DNA of 62,304 nucleotides, counting the filler. It is 5 parts of 5 records of this genome, joined end to end, with 100 filler letters (N's around TTAATTAATTAA, not from the genome) between each part and the next. Parts side by side here need not be neighbours in the genome. Positions count along the whole stretch, not along the records: positions 1 to 21,423 come from SRR31156797_19368; positions 21,524 to 45,066 come from SRR31156797_19370; 3 more parts are not named here. One strand, given 5' to 3'. The position numbers were made by a program, and so were the translations under genes. Below the pieces are notes generated by a model. It was not told the DNA's origin. It was given only the letters and a program-made list of their open reading frames with translations, and searched no databases. Position 1 is the stretch's first letter; each line of letters begins with the position of its first letter. Below, piece by piece: positions 10,380-22,240 of this stretch.

Positions 10380-11489
10380 TTAACGTGATACAGCGATGTC
10401 TTTCTGTGACACACTGACGCCTTTAATCTGAGCATATACCTCCATCCCCACACTCAGTTTTAAATCATCCAAAGCCCAGCGCGTTATCGTTGCCCACAGA
10501 TAGCATCCACCTTTCATATCGAGCTTTAAATTAACACTCTTTTTATCGTCTCCACCATCTTGATATTCTATCTCTTCAATACGCACCGGTAGTATGTTTC
10601 GAATTGATGTGTTGTCATTTTTTGTTAACGCAATAGAAACGTCATTGGCTCGAATTTGCATACGAACGGTGGAGCCGAGCGGCGCTGATATTTTCTGTGC
10701 CCAAAACGTTAGTCCTTCAGTAAACCGCAGTTGGGTCAGCCCATATTCAGCACTATGCTGATTGACTTCAGCTGTGAACAACGTGCTTCTTTCATTGAAT
10801 GATTGCCATGGCCGCATCACTTTAGATGACCAAACCTCTTCAATGAGTCCACTCGCGACGATTTTCCCGTGCTCTACCACCACAAGATGGTCTGCGATAC
10901 GCAAAATTTCGTTAAGGCTATGAGAGACATATAGGATTGGGATTTTTACCCGTTGGGTTAACTTCTCCAAAAATGGCATCACTTCTCTTTTACGCGGAAG
11001 ATCGAGTGAAGCGAGAGGTTCATCCATTAACAAAATATTGGGCTTAGACAATAAAGCGCGTCCTATTGCGACCCGTTGTTTTTCTCCCCCCGAAAGATCC
11101 TTAGGGCAACGTTTGAGAAGCTCAGTTAAATCAAGCAGTTCTACAATTTGTTGTAGATACTGAGGATCTGCTTCTTTCACACCATAAGTCAGATTTCCCA
11201 ACACACTGTAATGCGGGAAGAGACGCGACTCTTGAAACACATAACCGATATTACGCTTTTCTACAGGAACGTTAACTTTGCTTTCACTGCAATAGAGGTG
11301 TTTGCCATTAACTACAATTTGGCCACTGTCAGGCTGGAGCAGTCCGCTCACGGCATTAATAATGGTGGTTTTACCCGCACCAGAGCGACCAAAAATTGCC
11401 GTTATACCGTTTGCTGGTAGCGCAAAATCAACGTCCAGTGCGATGTTTTCTAACTGTTTAATGAATGCAACAGACACTCGCTTTGTCAT
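10380..11489 (-). CDS. modC: Molybdate ABC transporter ATPase
   Basis: GRSGAGKT, LSGGEKQR and LLMDEP motifs; C-terminal TOBE/Mop domain (SIRN, AQIKGV). Confidence 0.95.
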   Translation of the reverse strand: MTKRVSVAFIKQLENIALDVDFALPANGITAIFGRSGAGKTTIINAVSGLLQPDSGQIVVNGKHLYCSESKVNVPVEKRNIGYVFQESRLFPHYSVLGNLTYGVKEADPQYLQQIVELLDLTELLKRCPKDLSGGEKQRVAIGRALLSKPNILLMDEPLASLDLPRKREVMPFLEKLTQRVKIPILYVSHSLNEILRIADHLVVVEHGKIVASGLIEEVWSSKVMRPWQSFNERSTLFTAEVNQHSAEYGLTQLRFTEGLTFWAQKISAPLGSTVRMQIRANDVSIALTKNDNTSIRNILPVRIEEIEYQDGGDDKKSVNLKLDMKGGCYLWATITRWALDDLKLSVGMEVYAQIKGVSVSQKDIAVSR

Positions 11490-12175
11490 ACGCCGGAGAC
11501 CTTACGTCGCAGACGACGGGTGATCCATTCTGAAAGGAGTAGTGAGACCAACGCTATCACAATCGAAATTGCACATAACCGTGCAGCCGCCATTTCTTGC
11601 CCTGGTGTTTCTAAAAAGCTAAACATGGCCAATGGTATTGTCTGTGTCTCTCCGGGTATGTTGGAGACAAAACTGATGGTTGCACCAAACTCACCTAGGC
11701 TACGCGCAAAAGACAGCATGACCCCAGTAACCACACCAGGCAGTATCAGTGGCAACGTAATGGTAAAAAAGACTTTGACTGGGGAAGCACCTAACGTCCT
11801 CGCGGCTTGTTCCAGTTTGATATCAACACTTTCCACACTGAGCCTGATGGCTCGAACCATAAGTGGCAAAGCCACCACCGTACATGCCAGTACCGCACCG
11901 CGCCAGCTAAAACTGAATGAAATGCCAATCCACTCGTGCAGCCAGCTTCCTAGAGCCCCCTGCCTACCCATCGTTATCAGCAACAGGTAGCCCACCACGA
12001 CTGGCGGTAACACCAAAGGCAGATGGATAAGGCTATCTAAGGTACTTTTTCCCAAAAACTCTTTACGTGCTAATAGCCAGCCCAGTAATACTCCGACTGG
12101 CAATAACCAAACCACCGAATAGGCCGCAACCTTCAGACTTAACTGCAATGCGACCCACTCATAATCACTGAGCAA
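11486..12175 (-). CDS. modB: Molybdate ABC transporter permease
   Basis: LPLVLPPVVVG, LEQAARTLGA and FARSLGEFGAT motifs; start codon approximate. Confidence 0.93.
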   Translation of the reverse strand: MLSDYEWVALQLSLKVAAYSVVWLLPVGVLLGWLLARKEFLGKSTLDSLIHLPLVLPPVVVGYLLLITMGRQGALGSWLHEWIGISFSFSWRGAVLACTVVALPLMVRAIRLSVESVDIKLEQAARTLGASPVKVFFTITLPLILPGVVTGVMLSFARSLGEFGATISFVSNIPGETQTIPLAMFSFLETPGQEMAAARLCAISIVIALVSLLLSEWITRRLRRKVSGV

Positions 12176-12938
12176 ATTTCTCACTTCCCATATCAGTACG
12201 GAAACCATAGTTGTTCAACACGGTTTTCGCTTGTTCAGAACCCATGAACTGTATCAACTCGTTACTCGCTGTCTTATCGGTTAGCTTAACCAATGGATAA
12301 TGGATCGTTCGGTATAACTCAGTATCGATCAAAGATAACACGCTCACTTTATTGGTCATTAAAGCATCGGTTTTATACACTATCCCTAAAGGTGTTTCGC
12401 CACGCTCTACCAATGCCAGTGCCGCTCGAACATTACTGGTTTGTGCAAGTTTAGTCTTTACTGACTCCCAAACCGTTAAGTTGGCTAATGCTTCTTTGGC
12501 ATACATTCCCACGGGCACAGAATCGACATTGCCAATAGCAAGACGTTCACCATCCAAAATACCCTGCCACTGCTTGGCGTCGGCAACATCAAACGGTAAC
12601 TGTTGCGACTGGCTTGGTTTAACCAACGCTAGCTGATTTCCCGCCAACAACCGAACATTGTCCGATTCTACAATTCGCTTATCGATCAAATATGTTACCC
12701 ATCTGTCGTTTGCAGATAAAAATACATCTGCAGGGGCCCCATTTTCAATCTGCCTTGCCAGCGACGAAGAGCCACCAAATACCATCGTCACTTTAATATC
12801 GTGCTGTTTTTCAAATGCTGTAACGATTTCAGTAACCGCATTCGTCATCGATGAGGCTGCATAAATTGTAGCGCTTTGCTGTGACCAAACGGAATGACTA
12901 CAAAGTAGTAATCCGACTAATAACGTCCACTTTTTCAT
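12165..12938 (-). CDS. modA: Molybdate-binding periplasmic protein
   Basis: Signal peptide plus YAASSM, FGGSSSLARQIENGAPADVFLSA and SVPVGMYA; ATG overlaps the cobQ stop codon. Confidence 0.95.
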   Translation of the reverse strand: MKKWTLLVGLLLCSHSVWSQQSATIYAASSMTNAVTEIVTAFEKQHDIKVTMVFGGSSSLARQIENGAPADVFLSANDRWVTYLIDKRIVESDNVRLLAGNQLALVKPSQSQQLPFDVADAKQWQGILDGERLAIGNVDSVPVGMYAKEALANLTVWESVKTKLAQTSNVRAALALVERGETPLGIVYKTDALMTNKVSVLSLIDTELYRTIHYPLVKLTDKTASNELIQFMGSEQAKTVLNNYGFRTDMGSEKFAQ

Positions 12939-14419
12939 CAAGTTGACCTCTTTAACTCGTCCCAAAGAAGATCTAACTTCATATGTTTCTCAATTGCATC
13001 AGCGATTTTATCTATGGCTTGTTGTTTAGACTCATTGTGGTCACGTTCTTCGATTGTTTCTGCGCCAGCCCATTCACTGATAAGCGCCATGGCGGAAAAC
13101 TGATCAAACACCCCGTGGAGATACGTGCCCATGATCTGATTACAATCACTCACCATGCCATCGCTGCGCCCATCATCTAACGCAATCAATGCGCGCTCAT
13201 TGAGATTTGTGTTTAATTGGGTTGTGCCCGCATGTATTTCATACCCCAAGGCAGAAGCTTGTTTGCCATTCAAACAGATATTGCCACTCACGTTGGTTAG
13301 CTGTTTATGTTCGTTTAATGTGGTTTCAATGGGTAGTAAGCCTAAACCCGGAGAGCTTCCAGCAGTACCTTCCACACCAAGGGGATCGTGCACCCAGTCA
13401 CCCAACATTTGATAACCACCACAAATGCCCATGACTTTACCGCCCAGACGTAGATGGCGTTGAATATCTTTATCCCACCCTTGGGAACGTAAATACGCCA
13501 AATCCGATCTGGTTGATTTACTGCCGGGCAGAATAATTAAATCCGCATGTTGTAATCGCTCGCCTTTACCTACGTAGCGTAGATCAATGTCAGGGTTCAA
13601 GCGCAGCGCATCAAAGTCTGTGTGGTTACTAATACGGGTAAAGACTGGAACAACAACTTTGAGTTTTGACTGAGTACCTAAATTTTGTTTCGAAGTAATG
13701 GCATCTTCCGCTTCCAAATCGAATCCGTGTAAGTAAGGAATGACGCCCAACACCGGCTTGCCCGTTTTTTCTTCGAGCCAATCTAATCCTGGCTCTAGTA
13801 GTTTTATGTCACCTCTAAAGCGATTGATCACAAAACCTTTAACTCTCTGTTGTTCAGACTCAGATAGCAAAGCCAGTGTTCCATATAGGTGAGCAAACAC
13901 CCCACCCCTGTCGATATCAGCGACAATAATAACGGGAACATCTGCCGCTTCAGCAAACCCCATATTAGCAATATCGTTTTCGCGTAGATTGACTTCCGCA
14001 GGACTGCCTGCCCCTTCAACCACAATATAGTCGTAGTGACTTTGCAAAATACTGAACGAATCTAACACGGTATCCATCGCGACTTTTTTATAGTCGTGAT
14101 AGCTTTGAGCCTCCATATTGGTAAGGGCTCTTCCTTGAAGAATCACTTGCGCGCCAGTATCAGAGTTTGGCTTAAGCAGTACAGGGTTCATGTGAACGGT
14201 AGGCTCAATACCACACGCTAAAGCTTGTACAACTTGTGCTCTGCCGATTTCACCGCCGTCGGACGTAACACCGCTGTTTAATGCCATGTTTTGCGGTTTG
14301 AACGGACAAACCTTTAAGCCTTGTCTTGCCAACACTCGGCACAAACCTGCCACCAAAACACTTTTTCCGGCATCCGATGTTGTTCCCTGCACCATTAACG
14401 TTTGAACTTTTGATTCCAT
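12938..14419 (-). CDS. cobQ: Cobyric acid synthase
   Basis: [40 protein letters not shown] and TYLHG motifs. Confidence 0.96.
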   Translation of the reverse strand: MESKVQTLMVQGTTSDAGKSVLVAGLCRVLARQGLKVCPFKPQNMALNSGVTSDGGEIGRAQVVQALACGIEPTVHMNPVLLKPNSDTGAQVILQGRALTNMEAQSYHDYKKVAMDTVLDSFSILQSHYDYIVVEGAGSPAEVNLRENDIANMGFAEAADVPVIIVADIDRGGVFAHLYGTLALLSESEQQRVKGFVINRFRGDIKLLEPGLDWLEEKTGKPVLGVIPYLHGFDLEAEDAITSKQNLGTQSKLKVVVPVFTRISNHTDFDALRLNPDIDLRYVGKGERLQHADLIILPGSKSTRSDLAYLRSQGWDKDIQRHLRLGGKVMGICGGYQMLGDWVHDPLGVEGTAGSSPGLGLLPIETTLNEHKQLTNVSGNICLNGKQASALGYEIHAGTTQLNTNLNERALIALDDGRSDGMVSDCNQIMGTYLHGVFDQFSAMALISEWAGAETIEERDHNESKQQAIDKIADAIEKHMKLDLLWDELKRST

Positions 14420-14637
14420 ACTACTTCTTACGCTTTGTTTTTTAACATACTATACCTAATCCTTGCTTAATGTCGCTAATATCAATCCCGTCGATGACAA
14501 AGTGGTCAGTTAAGCGGTAGCGTTACGCAAAAAATGTTATGTTTTCCGCGTTATGTTACTGAATTTTTCAACAATGGCCTGTAATTTGCTAAGATTTACT
14601 TAATTTGATACTCAACCCATTCAGGACGAATGCTCTC

Positions 14638-15162
14638 ATGTTAAAAAAAGCCGGCCTAGTCAGTCTTATCGGTTTAGCTTGCGCGCTACCTAATACAGCC
14701 AATGCAAATAACTTCAGCTATAACTTTTTCGAAGTTAGAACCGCAATCAGCCCAGAATCATTCGGTGGAGAGTTCAGCTCTCAATTGACTGATAACTCTC
14801 ATTTTATTGTTCGTGCAGATTCACAATTTGATCACGACTGGGACCTTGCTGGCGGTTTAGGCTTTAATGGCCCTATAAACCAGTTTATCGATGTTTACGG
14901 GCAGTTGATGCTTCATAATATCAAACTCCCTAAAGAAGAAGGCGGTGACTCGGATTCAATTTTTGAAGTGAATGTTGGCACCCGTATGTGGTTAACCAAC
15001 CAATTAGAAGGTCACTTAAAGTTGGGTCGAGTTGACGATAGTAGTGTATTCATCGCCGGAATACGTTTCCACTCAACCGATCAACTCTCTTTAAGCGCTG
15101 AAGCGAGAAACGCTGGTATTTGGGGGCCTCAAATTGCTATGGGTGTCCGCTTTAACTATTAA
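14638..15162 (+). CDS. Small outer-membrane beta-barrel protein
   Basis: Signal peptide, alternating beta-strand pattern and aromatic C-terminus (GVRFNY). Confidence 0.75.
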   Translation: MLKKAGLVSLIGLACALPNTANANNFSYNFFEVRTAISPESFGGEFSSQLTDNSHFIVRADSQFDHDWDLAGGLGFNGPINQFIDVYGQLMLHNIKLPKEEGGDSDSIFEVNVGTRMWLTNQLEGHLKLGRVDDSSVFIAGIRFHSTDQLSLSAEARNAGIWGPQIAMGVRFNY

Positions 15163-15225
15163 TTTATTGTTCCCAACCTCAGCGACTAAAATTATCTAAG
15201 TTTTATAATATACTGAATGTTAAAT

Positions 15226-15264
15226 AACTTGATGCTGTGCTAAAAGCCTCAGCGTCAAGTTTTT
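15226..15264 (+). terminator. Intrinsic terminator-like hairpin
   Basis: AACTTGATGCTG...CAGCGTCAAGTT followed by a T-run. Confidence 0.6.
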
Positions 15265-15298
15265 ACATATCTTGGTGTGTTGCTAGACAGGGAATAAA

Positions 15299-15967
15299 AT
15301 GGCGATATCGAATTCAAATCATGACACGGACATTGATAAGTATCTCCAACTCGGAATGAAATTGTCAGTGAGTTTGCAATTTGGTCCCGGTGATAAATAC
15401 GATTTCACAACCACATTAACGGGTTATAAGTCTGAACAATATTTGATTCTTGATCTCCCCACTAAAGCCTTAGAACTGCTCATCATGCGGAAAATAAACA
15501 ATGTTGAAACGGTGATCCGAGGTATTTGCAGTAAAGACTACGGACATATCATTGCGTTTAAAACGTCCAGTTTTCAATCTATCCGAAGACCGTTTAACCT
15601 TCTATTTCTGCGTCCACCGCAGCATTTTGCAAGCAAAAAAATACGTGAGCATGAACGTTATCAGTTTGAGTTACCTGTAACGTTAAAATCAGCTGAAAAA
15701 GAACTAACAGGGACTATGGTTGATTTTTCAGCTTCTGGATGCGGCGTTTTTATCTCTGGGGAGAATGAACTTAGCTCTGGTTTAACCGTACACGTTGAAA
15801 GCGAATTGAGCCGTTTAGTTCCGAAAGAGATCACCTGCAATATCGTAAAAATTACTCGAGAAGCCAAAGGCCATCTGATTGGAATTAAATTTGATGAGAC
15901 GATCTCCATGTCAGACGAACTGAGAAAAGAGGTGTTGGAACAAGCCTTTCACGCCGGTTCAATTTAG
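15299..15967 (+). CDS. PilZ-domain c-di-GMP receptor with a YcgR-like N-terminus (probable PlzE orthologue)
   Basis: RxxxR (REHER) and DxSxxG (DFSASG) motifs; convergent with luxQ. Confidence 0.88.
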   Translation: MAISNSNHDTDIDKYLQLGMKLSVSLQFGPGDKYDFTTTLTGYKSEQYLILDLPTKALELLIMRKINNVETVIRGICSKDYGHIIAFKTSSFQSIRRPFNLLFLRPPQHFASKKIREHERYQFELPVTLKSAEKELTGTMVDFSASGCGVFISGENELSSGLTVHVESELSRLVPKEITCNIVKITREAKGHLIGIKFDETISMSDELRKEVLEQAFHAGSI

Positions 15968-15997
15968 GGGTCAACAGACCCTAATTAAATAAAGCCA

Positions 15998-18553
15998 TTA
16001 ACAGTATTTTTCTTTGTAATATTTTAATGCTCGGTACAGATTATCTTCCTGTATCGGTTTCACAATCACATATTCAGCACCAGCGTCAATAAAGGCTTGC
16101 TGAGTCGAATCCATTCCGTCGGCTGTACAGGCGAAAATAGGGATATCAAGCGCCATGTTTTTCTTTATTTCCGTCGTGGCATCGACACCATCTATAAATG
16201 GTAGCTGGTTGTCCATCAACACAAGGTCATAACGATCCTGCTTCAACCGTTCGATTGCCTGAAGACCATCTGTTACCCAATCGACTTCCATTCCATATTT
16301 CTGACAAAACGCTTGAGCGATGAAAGCGTTAGTATGATTATCCTCTACCAACAACAAGGCTAACGGCTTGTCAAACAGCTTGTACCTTTGGTCATCTGTT
16401 GTTTTAGAGCGATAACCATTACGGCGAGACACAACATCCATTGGCAAACAGATGGTAAATGAAGTCCCTTTACCAAACTCAGATTGAACAGTGATCGTTC
16501 CGCTCAACATTTCAACGAGGCTGCGCACTATCGTCAAACCGAGACCACTACCGCCATACTCCCGGGTAGTTGTAGATTCCGCTTGCACAAACGGATCGAA
16601 AATAACTTCCAAATCCGTCTCTTTTATCCCTATACCGGTATCGGTAATCACGACGGTTAGTTGATCAGTCTCACCAAAAGATAAGGAGAGTGAAATATGA
16701 ATACTACCGTGGCAGGTAAACTTAAGAGCATTGTTGATAATGTTATATAAGATCTGATTGAGACGGACTTGATTACTTTCGACAACAACGCCCTCTTCAA
16801 TATCAGAGTCCACAACCAGCGTTATACCTTTTTCATCACACATTGGCCGGTAGATCTGTTCAATGGCTGAAACCACTTCGCCCAAATAGAATTCAGAAGC
16901 GGGCATGCGAAATTGGCCTTGCTCAATCTTAGAGAAATCCAAAATATCATTTAGCACTGCTAATAAGTGTTCGCCGCTGCTACATAAGACGTTCACTTGA
17001 CTCAGCTGTTCTTTGTCGGTTAACGAGCTTTTAAGCAATTGCGAGACGCCTAAAATCCCATTAAGTGGTGTTCGCAACTCATGACTCATCTTAGCTAAGA
17101 AATCAGCCCTGACCCGTGCGGACTCTTCAGCCTCTTGTCTTGCTACCTGACTCTGTTTTTCAGCTTCAGCAAAGCTGGTCACATCTTGCCCCTGAGCAAT
17201 GATCGCCTCTATGTGGTTTTCTACCATAATTGGCGACAAGCTCCAGCGAAATACTTTTCCGTCAACTTCCGTTACAACATCTTGCTGCACTACTCCTGCC
17301 GCCGACGCTTTGACATCAGGTACCAATTGCTCTTCAAGGGTCGTGAACGTCTTCTTGTTACTGCCATGACGAACGATCAACTGCTTTTGTGCAGCAGGGT
17401 TCATCCGGATAATGTGTCCGTCTATCGACCACAAGATAATGGGAGTCAACGAGAAGTTAAACAGATCTTCAAATTGCTTTTCTTGCTCTGCCAGACGTTG
17501 GAAAGTGTTTTCTAATGTTCGCCCAAAATGGTCAAACTCGTAAACATTCGATCCTGGAAATACATAATCTTTACCCTGCATCGCCACTTTGTAGGTGTAG
17601 GACATCAACTCATCAATTTCTCGCTTAATCTGGCGATGTAACCACCAGCGCGTAATGAAGGTCACTAACATCATCGCGATGAGTGCAAATACAATCCAAA
17701 AATAGTAGCTATCTCGCAGTTTCAGTGCGTTTTCGTTACTTTGCACAGCATAAATCAAAAGGTAGGTCGGTACACCTTCCAATTCCAAAGCGGTCTGGCT
17801 AACAATATTGAGTTCACCTAACGCCTCACTAGGGTGGCTATTGACAATATCTTGGGTGGTATAAAGCTCATTACCATTTAAGGTCGACGCTAAAATATTG
17901 TTGTTAACCGCCAATATTAGGTTTTGCGAATTGCTGTGATCTTTAATTGTCGCAATTAATGCATAGTTGTCGTTTAACACAATCGATGCATAGAGAAACC
18001 CAAGTACTTCTCCGGTCTTAGGATCAACAATAGAGGATCGTCGGGCGAGTAAATACGTCGGCCCCAACTCGGATGATGATTTGATTAAGTGCCAGTTGTT
18101 GCTAATGGAGACTCGTCTGATGATCTTGCTAAGCTCTGCGGTGTCAATACCATAAAACTGTGAATTCCCATCATCCCAAATCAGCTCTCTTTGGGTGGTA
18201 ATAAAACGGATATCAGGCGTGTTAGACAGCTCGAGTTGGTCAACGGTTTGAAAATACTCATCAAGTTCTTGTGGGATACGGCTGTGAAGAGCCTGCACTA
18301 AGGTAACGCTTTTGGCGCTGCTGTCTTGGTGAATTTCTAATGTTGATAAGCGAAAGTTAAACAAGCTCTGAATCAAACTCGAGGTTTGTTTAGACGTTCG
18401 CATAACTTCCTGAGCAATAAGGCGACTACTGATCTGATAGCTTTGAAACAATACTGCAACGATTAAGATACCCAACGCAGTAACGATTGCATGACTGATA
18501 AATGATGCAATCTTTTTCTTTTGCTTAACCGGTGTAATACTCCTGACCGCCAT
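15998..18553 (-). CDS. luxQ: Autoinducer-2 hybrid sensor kinase
   Basis: Two TMs flanking a periplasmic domain; H-box MSHELRTPLNG, HATPase G-boxes and receiver DLVLMD; directly downstream of luxP. Confidence 0.95.
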   Translation of the reverse strand: MAVRSITPVKQKKKIASFISHAIVTALGILIVAVLFQSYQISSRLIAQEVMRTSKQTSSLIQSLFNFRLSTLEIHQDSSAKSVTLVQALHSRIPQELDEYFQTVDQLELSNTPDIRFITTQRELIWDDGNSQFYGIDTAELSKIIRRVSISNNWHLIKSSSELGPTYLLARRSSIVDPKTGEVLGFLYASIVLNDNYALIATIKDHSNSQNLILAVNNNILASTLNGNELYTTQDIVNSHPSEALGELNIVSQTALELEGVPTYLLIYAVQSNENALKLRDSYYFWIVFALIAMMLVTFITRWWLHRQIKREIDELMSYTYKVAMQGKDYVFPGSNVYEFDHFGRTLENTFQRLAEQEKQFEDLFNFSLTPIILWSIDGHIIRMNPAAQKQLIVRHGSNKKTFTTLEEQLVPDVKASAAGVVQQDVVTEVDGKVFRWSLSPIMVENHIEAIIAQGQDVTSFAEAEKQSQVARQEAEESARVRADFLAKMSHELRTPLNGILGVSQLLKSSLTDKEQLSQVNVLCSSGEHLLAVLNDILDFSKIEQGQFRMPASEFYLGEVVSAIEQIYRPMCDEKGITLVVDSDIEEGVVVESNQVRLNQILYNIINNALKFTCHGSIHISLSLSFGETDQLTVVITDTGIGIKETDLEVIFDPFVQAESTTTREYGGSGLGLTIVRSLVEMLSGTITVQSEFGKGTSFTICLPMDVVSRRNGYRSKTTDDQRYKLFDKPLALLLVEDNHTNAFIAQAFCQKYGMEVDWVTDGLQAIERLKQDRYDLVLMDNQLPFIDGVDATTEIKKNMALDIPIFACTADGMDSTQQAFIDAGAEYVIVKPIQEDNLYRALKYYKEKYC

Positions 18554-18567
18554 AATCTATCTCGTTG

Positions 18568-19722
<1,155 letters not shown>

Positions 19723-19946
19723 CTACATTTTCATAGCTTAGCTTATCCTTACTGAGGTAGAAAATGCTGCTAACGTCAAGAGACCTCAGTAGTTTTGTTA
19801 AACGAGCAATGAATCGCTTCAAACCACAAACTTAATTCAACTTAACTTTCCTCTAATTATTAAGCATCTTTAGCATAAAAAACAGAGTAGACACATAAAA
19901 ATACATTTATGTGTCTGTGTTACAAGTAAAAGTCATCACTCATGAA

Positions 19947-21101
19947 TTAAAAAGTGAACGCTAAATTGGTTGATACGCCAAATTGCCCGTCACCTGCATA
20001 GTTGCCCGCTAAATCTAAACTTACTAGATCCCCAGGGCTGATCCCGACTCCAGCAGTGACGACATCATCCGAGGTGTCTTCTAGATCCATTTCGTACCCA
20101 GCTCTTAACTGAGCCCAGCCCCAAGCGTTACCTTCTACACCAAACCGCAAATACTGCGTATTATCATCGTAGCCAGTAAAACGCTCTTGAGAGGTTAAAT
20201 CTAAGTCAATTGCCGCGGTAAAGAACTCCGCCACGTATCCACCTGATACGGTGACTTGAGGGTCGAGTTGATAAGCACCAATGCCATCAAAGGTATCAAC
20301 TTCCTGAGCTATCACATCTTTAATGGCGATACCTGCTCGGTAGCTGTCTAATATCCACACTGCACCCAAGTCCAAGTTGAATGCGGTTTTGTTCACTTCA
20401 CTTTTATCGTATTCATCGATATCAAAACTTTCTACCGAAACAACTTGTTTATAAGTTCTCAGTTGCTGAATCTTAGGCGTAATGCCGAATGCCACTTGTT
20501 GATTTTGAATATTGAATAATTTGGAAAAAGCAACGCCATACTCAGCATAACCAAAAGCCAGTACATCAACCTGTGAGTTTGTATAACGGTTTTCAGTTAA
20601 CGTTTGATCACCATTGGTCGTCGAATCATCGATATCGGTACGCACTAGGACTTCAACGTAACCACGACTAAGAAAGTTTAACGACACCGCTTCTAACGGC
20701 ACAGCAACAGAAACGCCAACGCCAGCAGCTACATATAATGGCTTATCATCGGCTAATTGATCCAAATACCGGTTTATCTGGTTGGTGTTTTCCGTGGTAG
20801 GCGTATCTTCAAAAGACTTAATGCTATCTTGTAAATTATCTATTGTATCTAACGATTCATCAGAGTCTCTGACATTAGCGCCTAAAGCCGGAACGAGAAG
20901 ACCAAAACTATCGCTCTCCCTATAGACAGCACCTAATGCTGGATTGTAGTAAGGGGCTAAGAGGTAATCCGCCGTTGTAACACCAGTATTCCCCATGCCA
21001 TTACCGCGAGCATCAGCGATTGTCGTTGCTGCGTTTACGGATAAAGTAAGACAACAAAGTACAATACCACTCATTAATTTGTTCGAGTTATTCATGTCCA
21101 T
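19947..21101 (-). CDS. TraF-like (conjugal transfer TraF_2 family) outer-membrane protein
   Basis: Signal peptide; DARGNGMGNTGV..YNPAL motif; C-terminal Phe; chromosomal Vibrio-type context with no other tra genes. Confidence 0.8.
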   Translation of the reverse strand: MDMNNSNKLMSGIVLCCLTLSVNAATTIADARGNGMGNTGVTTADYLLAPYYNPALGAVYRESDSFGLLVPALGANVRDSDESLDTIDNLQDSIKSFEDTPTTENTNQINRYLDQLADDKPLYVAAGVGVSVAVPLEAVSLNFLSRGYVEVLVRTDIDDSTTNGDQTLTENRYTNSQVDVLAFGYAEYGVAFSKLFNIQNQQVAFGITPKIQQLRTYKQVVSVESFDIDEYDKSEVNKTAFNLDLGAVWILDSYRAGIAIKDVIAQEVDTFDGIGAYQLDPQVTVSGGYVAEFFTAAIDLDLTSQERFTGYDDNTQYLRFGVEGNAWGWAQLRAGYEMDLEDTSDDVVTAGVGISPGDLVSLDLAGNYAGDGQFGVSTNLAFTF

Positions 21102-21203
21102 ATCAACCTTTTGTACTAATCCCTTGTTCAAGGTTAATACACATCCGCAATATTGACAGGAGATGAGGAAATTTGGGTTTCAATTTTGTGTAGTCTGTGA
21201 CGA

Positions 21204-21422
21204 TTAGCAGGGTGCTAAAACTTCCAGTGCTAATAAGGTTTGATAGGGTGATGGAGACTCAACCAGCTGTTCTTTTTTTTGCTTACTCAGTTGCTTTAAC
21301 TTGTATTCTAAACGAAGTGCTTCACCTTTATGATGTCCTACTTTATAGAACCATACCAAATCTAGCGGAGACTTCCCTCTCAAAGCCTTTGCTCCAGTAC
21401 CGTCTTGATGTTGTTTAAAACG
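21204..21422 (-). CDS. yhbQ: GIY-YIG nuclease, UPF0213 family (5'-truncated by contig end; absent from the ORF track)
   Basis: Manual translation gives RFKQHQDGTGAKALRGKSPL...EALRLEYKLKQLSKQKKEQL...PC*. Confidence 0.85.
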   Translation of the reverse strand, partial: RFKQHQDGTGAKALRGKSPLDLVWFYKVGHHKGEALRLEYKLKQLSKQKKEQLVESPSPYQTLLALEVLAPC

Positions 21423-21423
21423 G

Positions 21424-21523
21424 NNNNNNNNNNNNNNNNNNNNNNNNNNNNNNNNNNNNNNNNNNNNTTAATTAATTAANNNNNNNNNNNNNNNNNNNNN
21501 NNNNNNNNNNNNNNNNNNNNNNN
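21424..21523. other. Artificial contig spacer
   Basis: N44-TTAATTAATTAA-N44 (stops in all frames). Confidence 0.99.
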
Positions 21524-21822
21524 TCTTCAAAATATGGCGCTTTCATGTAAGCAGCTTTTATTTTTCGGAAAAGCTTGTCCGCATCTTTTTTAAAGTATGG
21601 ATCTGCTATCTCTATATCACAAATATTCAGAAAATTAGAACCAGATTTAACAGGCAAACTAAAAACGGCATCTTTTCCATTAACAAGAATGCGATTACGC
21701 CTCATCCATCCTTTTTTAGTGAATTGCAGGTTGTCGCCGACTACAAAATTATCGACTGCATTCAAAAGTTGCCAGTAACCAATATATGGCAAGAAATATG
21801 GTTGCATTATACCTACTTTCAT
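21524..21822 (-). CDS. WbqC-like family protein (3'-truncated)
   Basis: IMQPYFLPYIGYWQL, QFTKKGWMRRNRI and YMKAPYF motifs. Confidence 0.88.
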
Positions 21823-22025
21823 AATAATCCTTCCGTTTTGATCCACCCATCGAAGTAGTTAGTTGATTGATATACTAATAGTATTTATGTCCAAAGATAT
21901 ATAAATTGTTTTGTTTCAATTTAAAAGGTAATTAAAGAGAATATCTATTAGATGTAAGAATGATACAAATCCTGCTTTGAAACGTTCAGTTTCTTTAAAG
22001 TCTATGTACTAATAAAAGAGAAAAA

Positions 22026-22097
22026 CGTCCCGACCGAGGATCGAACTCGGATCTAAGGCTCCGCAAGCCTCAAGGATATCCATTACCCTACCAGGAC
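22026..22097 (-). tRNA. tRNA-Arg(GCG)
   Basis: Cloverleaf GTCCTGG...TCGGGACG; anticodon arm GAGGC-TTGCGGA-GCCTT; T-loop GTTCGAT; CCA not encoded. Confidence 0.95.
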
Positions 22098-22240
22098 ATT
22101 ATGGTTCATGCTCTACTGTTTTTCTCATATATATAGATTGTTGGTTGAAGCGTAATTTACCATGCTAATCCATGTTTCCTCCATTGACAGACCTATGAAC
22201 GATCAACAAAAGTTAAATGTTGCTAGGCTGATTACTAATC

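Noticed and set aside
19947..21101. TraF-like gene as evidence for a conjugative element
   Set aside because: No other tra genes, integrase or att sites are present; it lies in ordinary Vibrio chromosomal context beside luxP.
21197..21418. 73-aa plus-strand ORF
   Set aside because: The real gene is the partial yhbQ on the minus strand.
21424..21523. Bacterial-archaeal junction suggesting inter-domain transfer; repeated TTAATTAATTAA
   Set aside because: It is an artificial linker flanked by Ns, identical at all four junctions.
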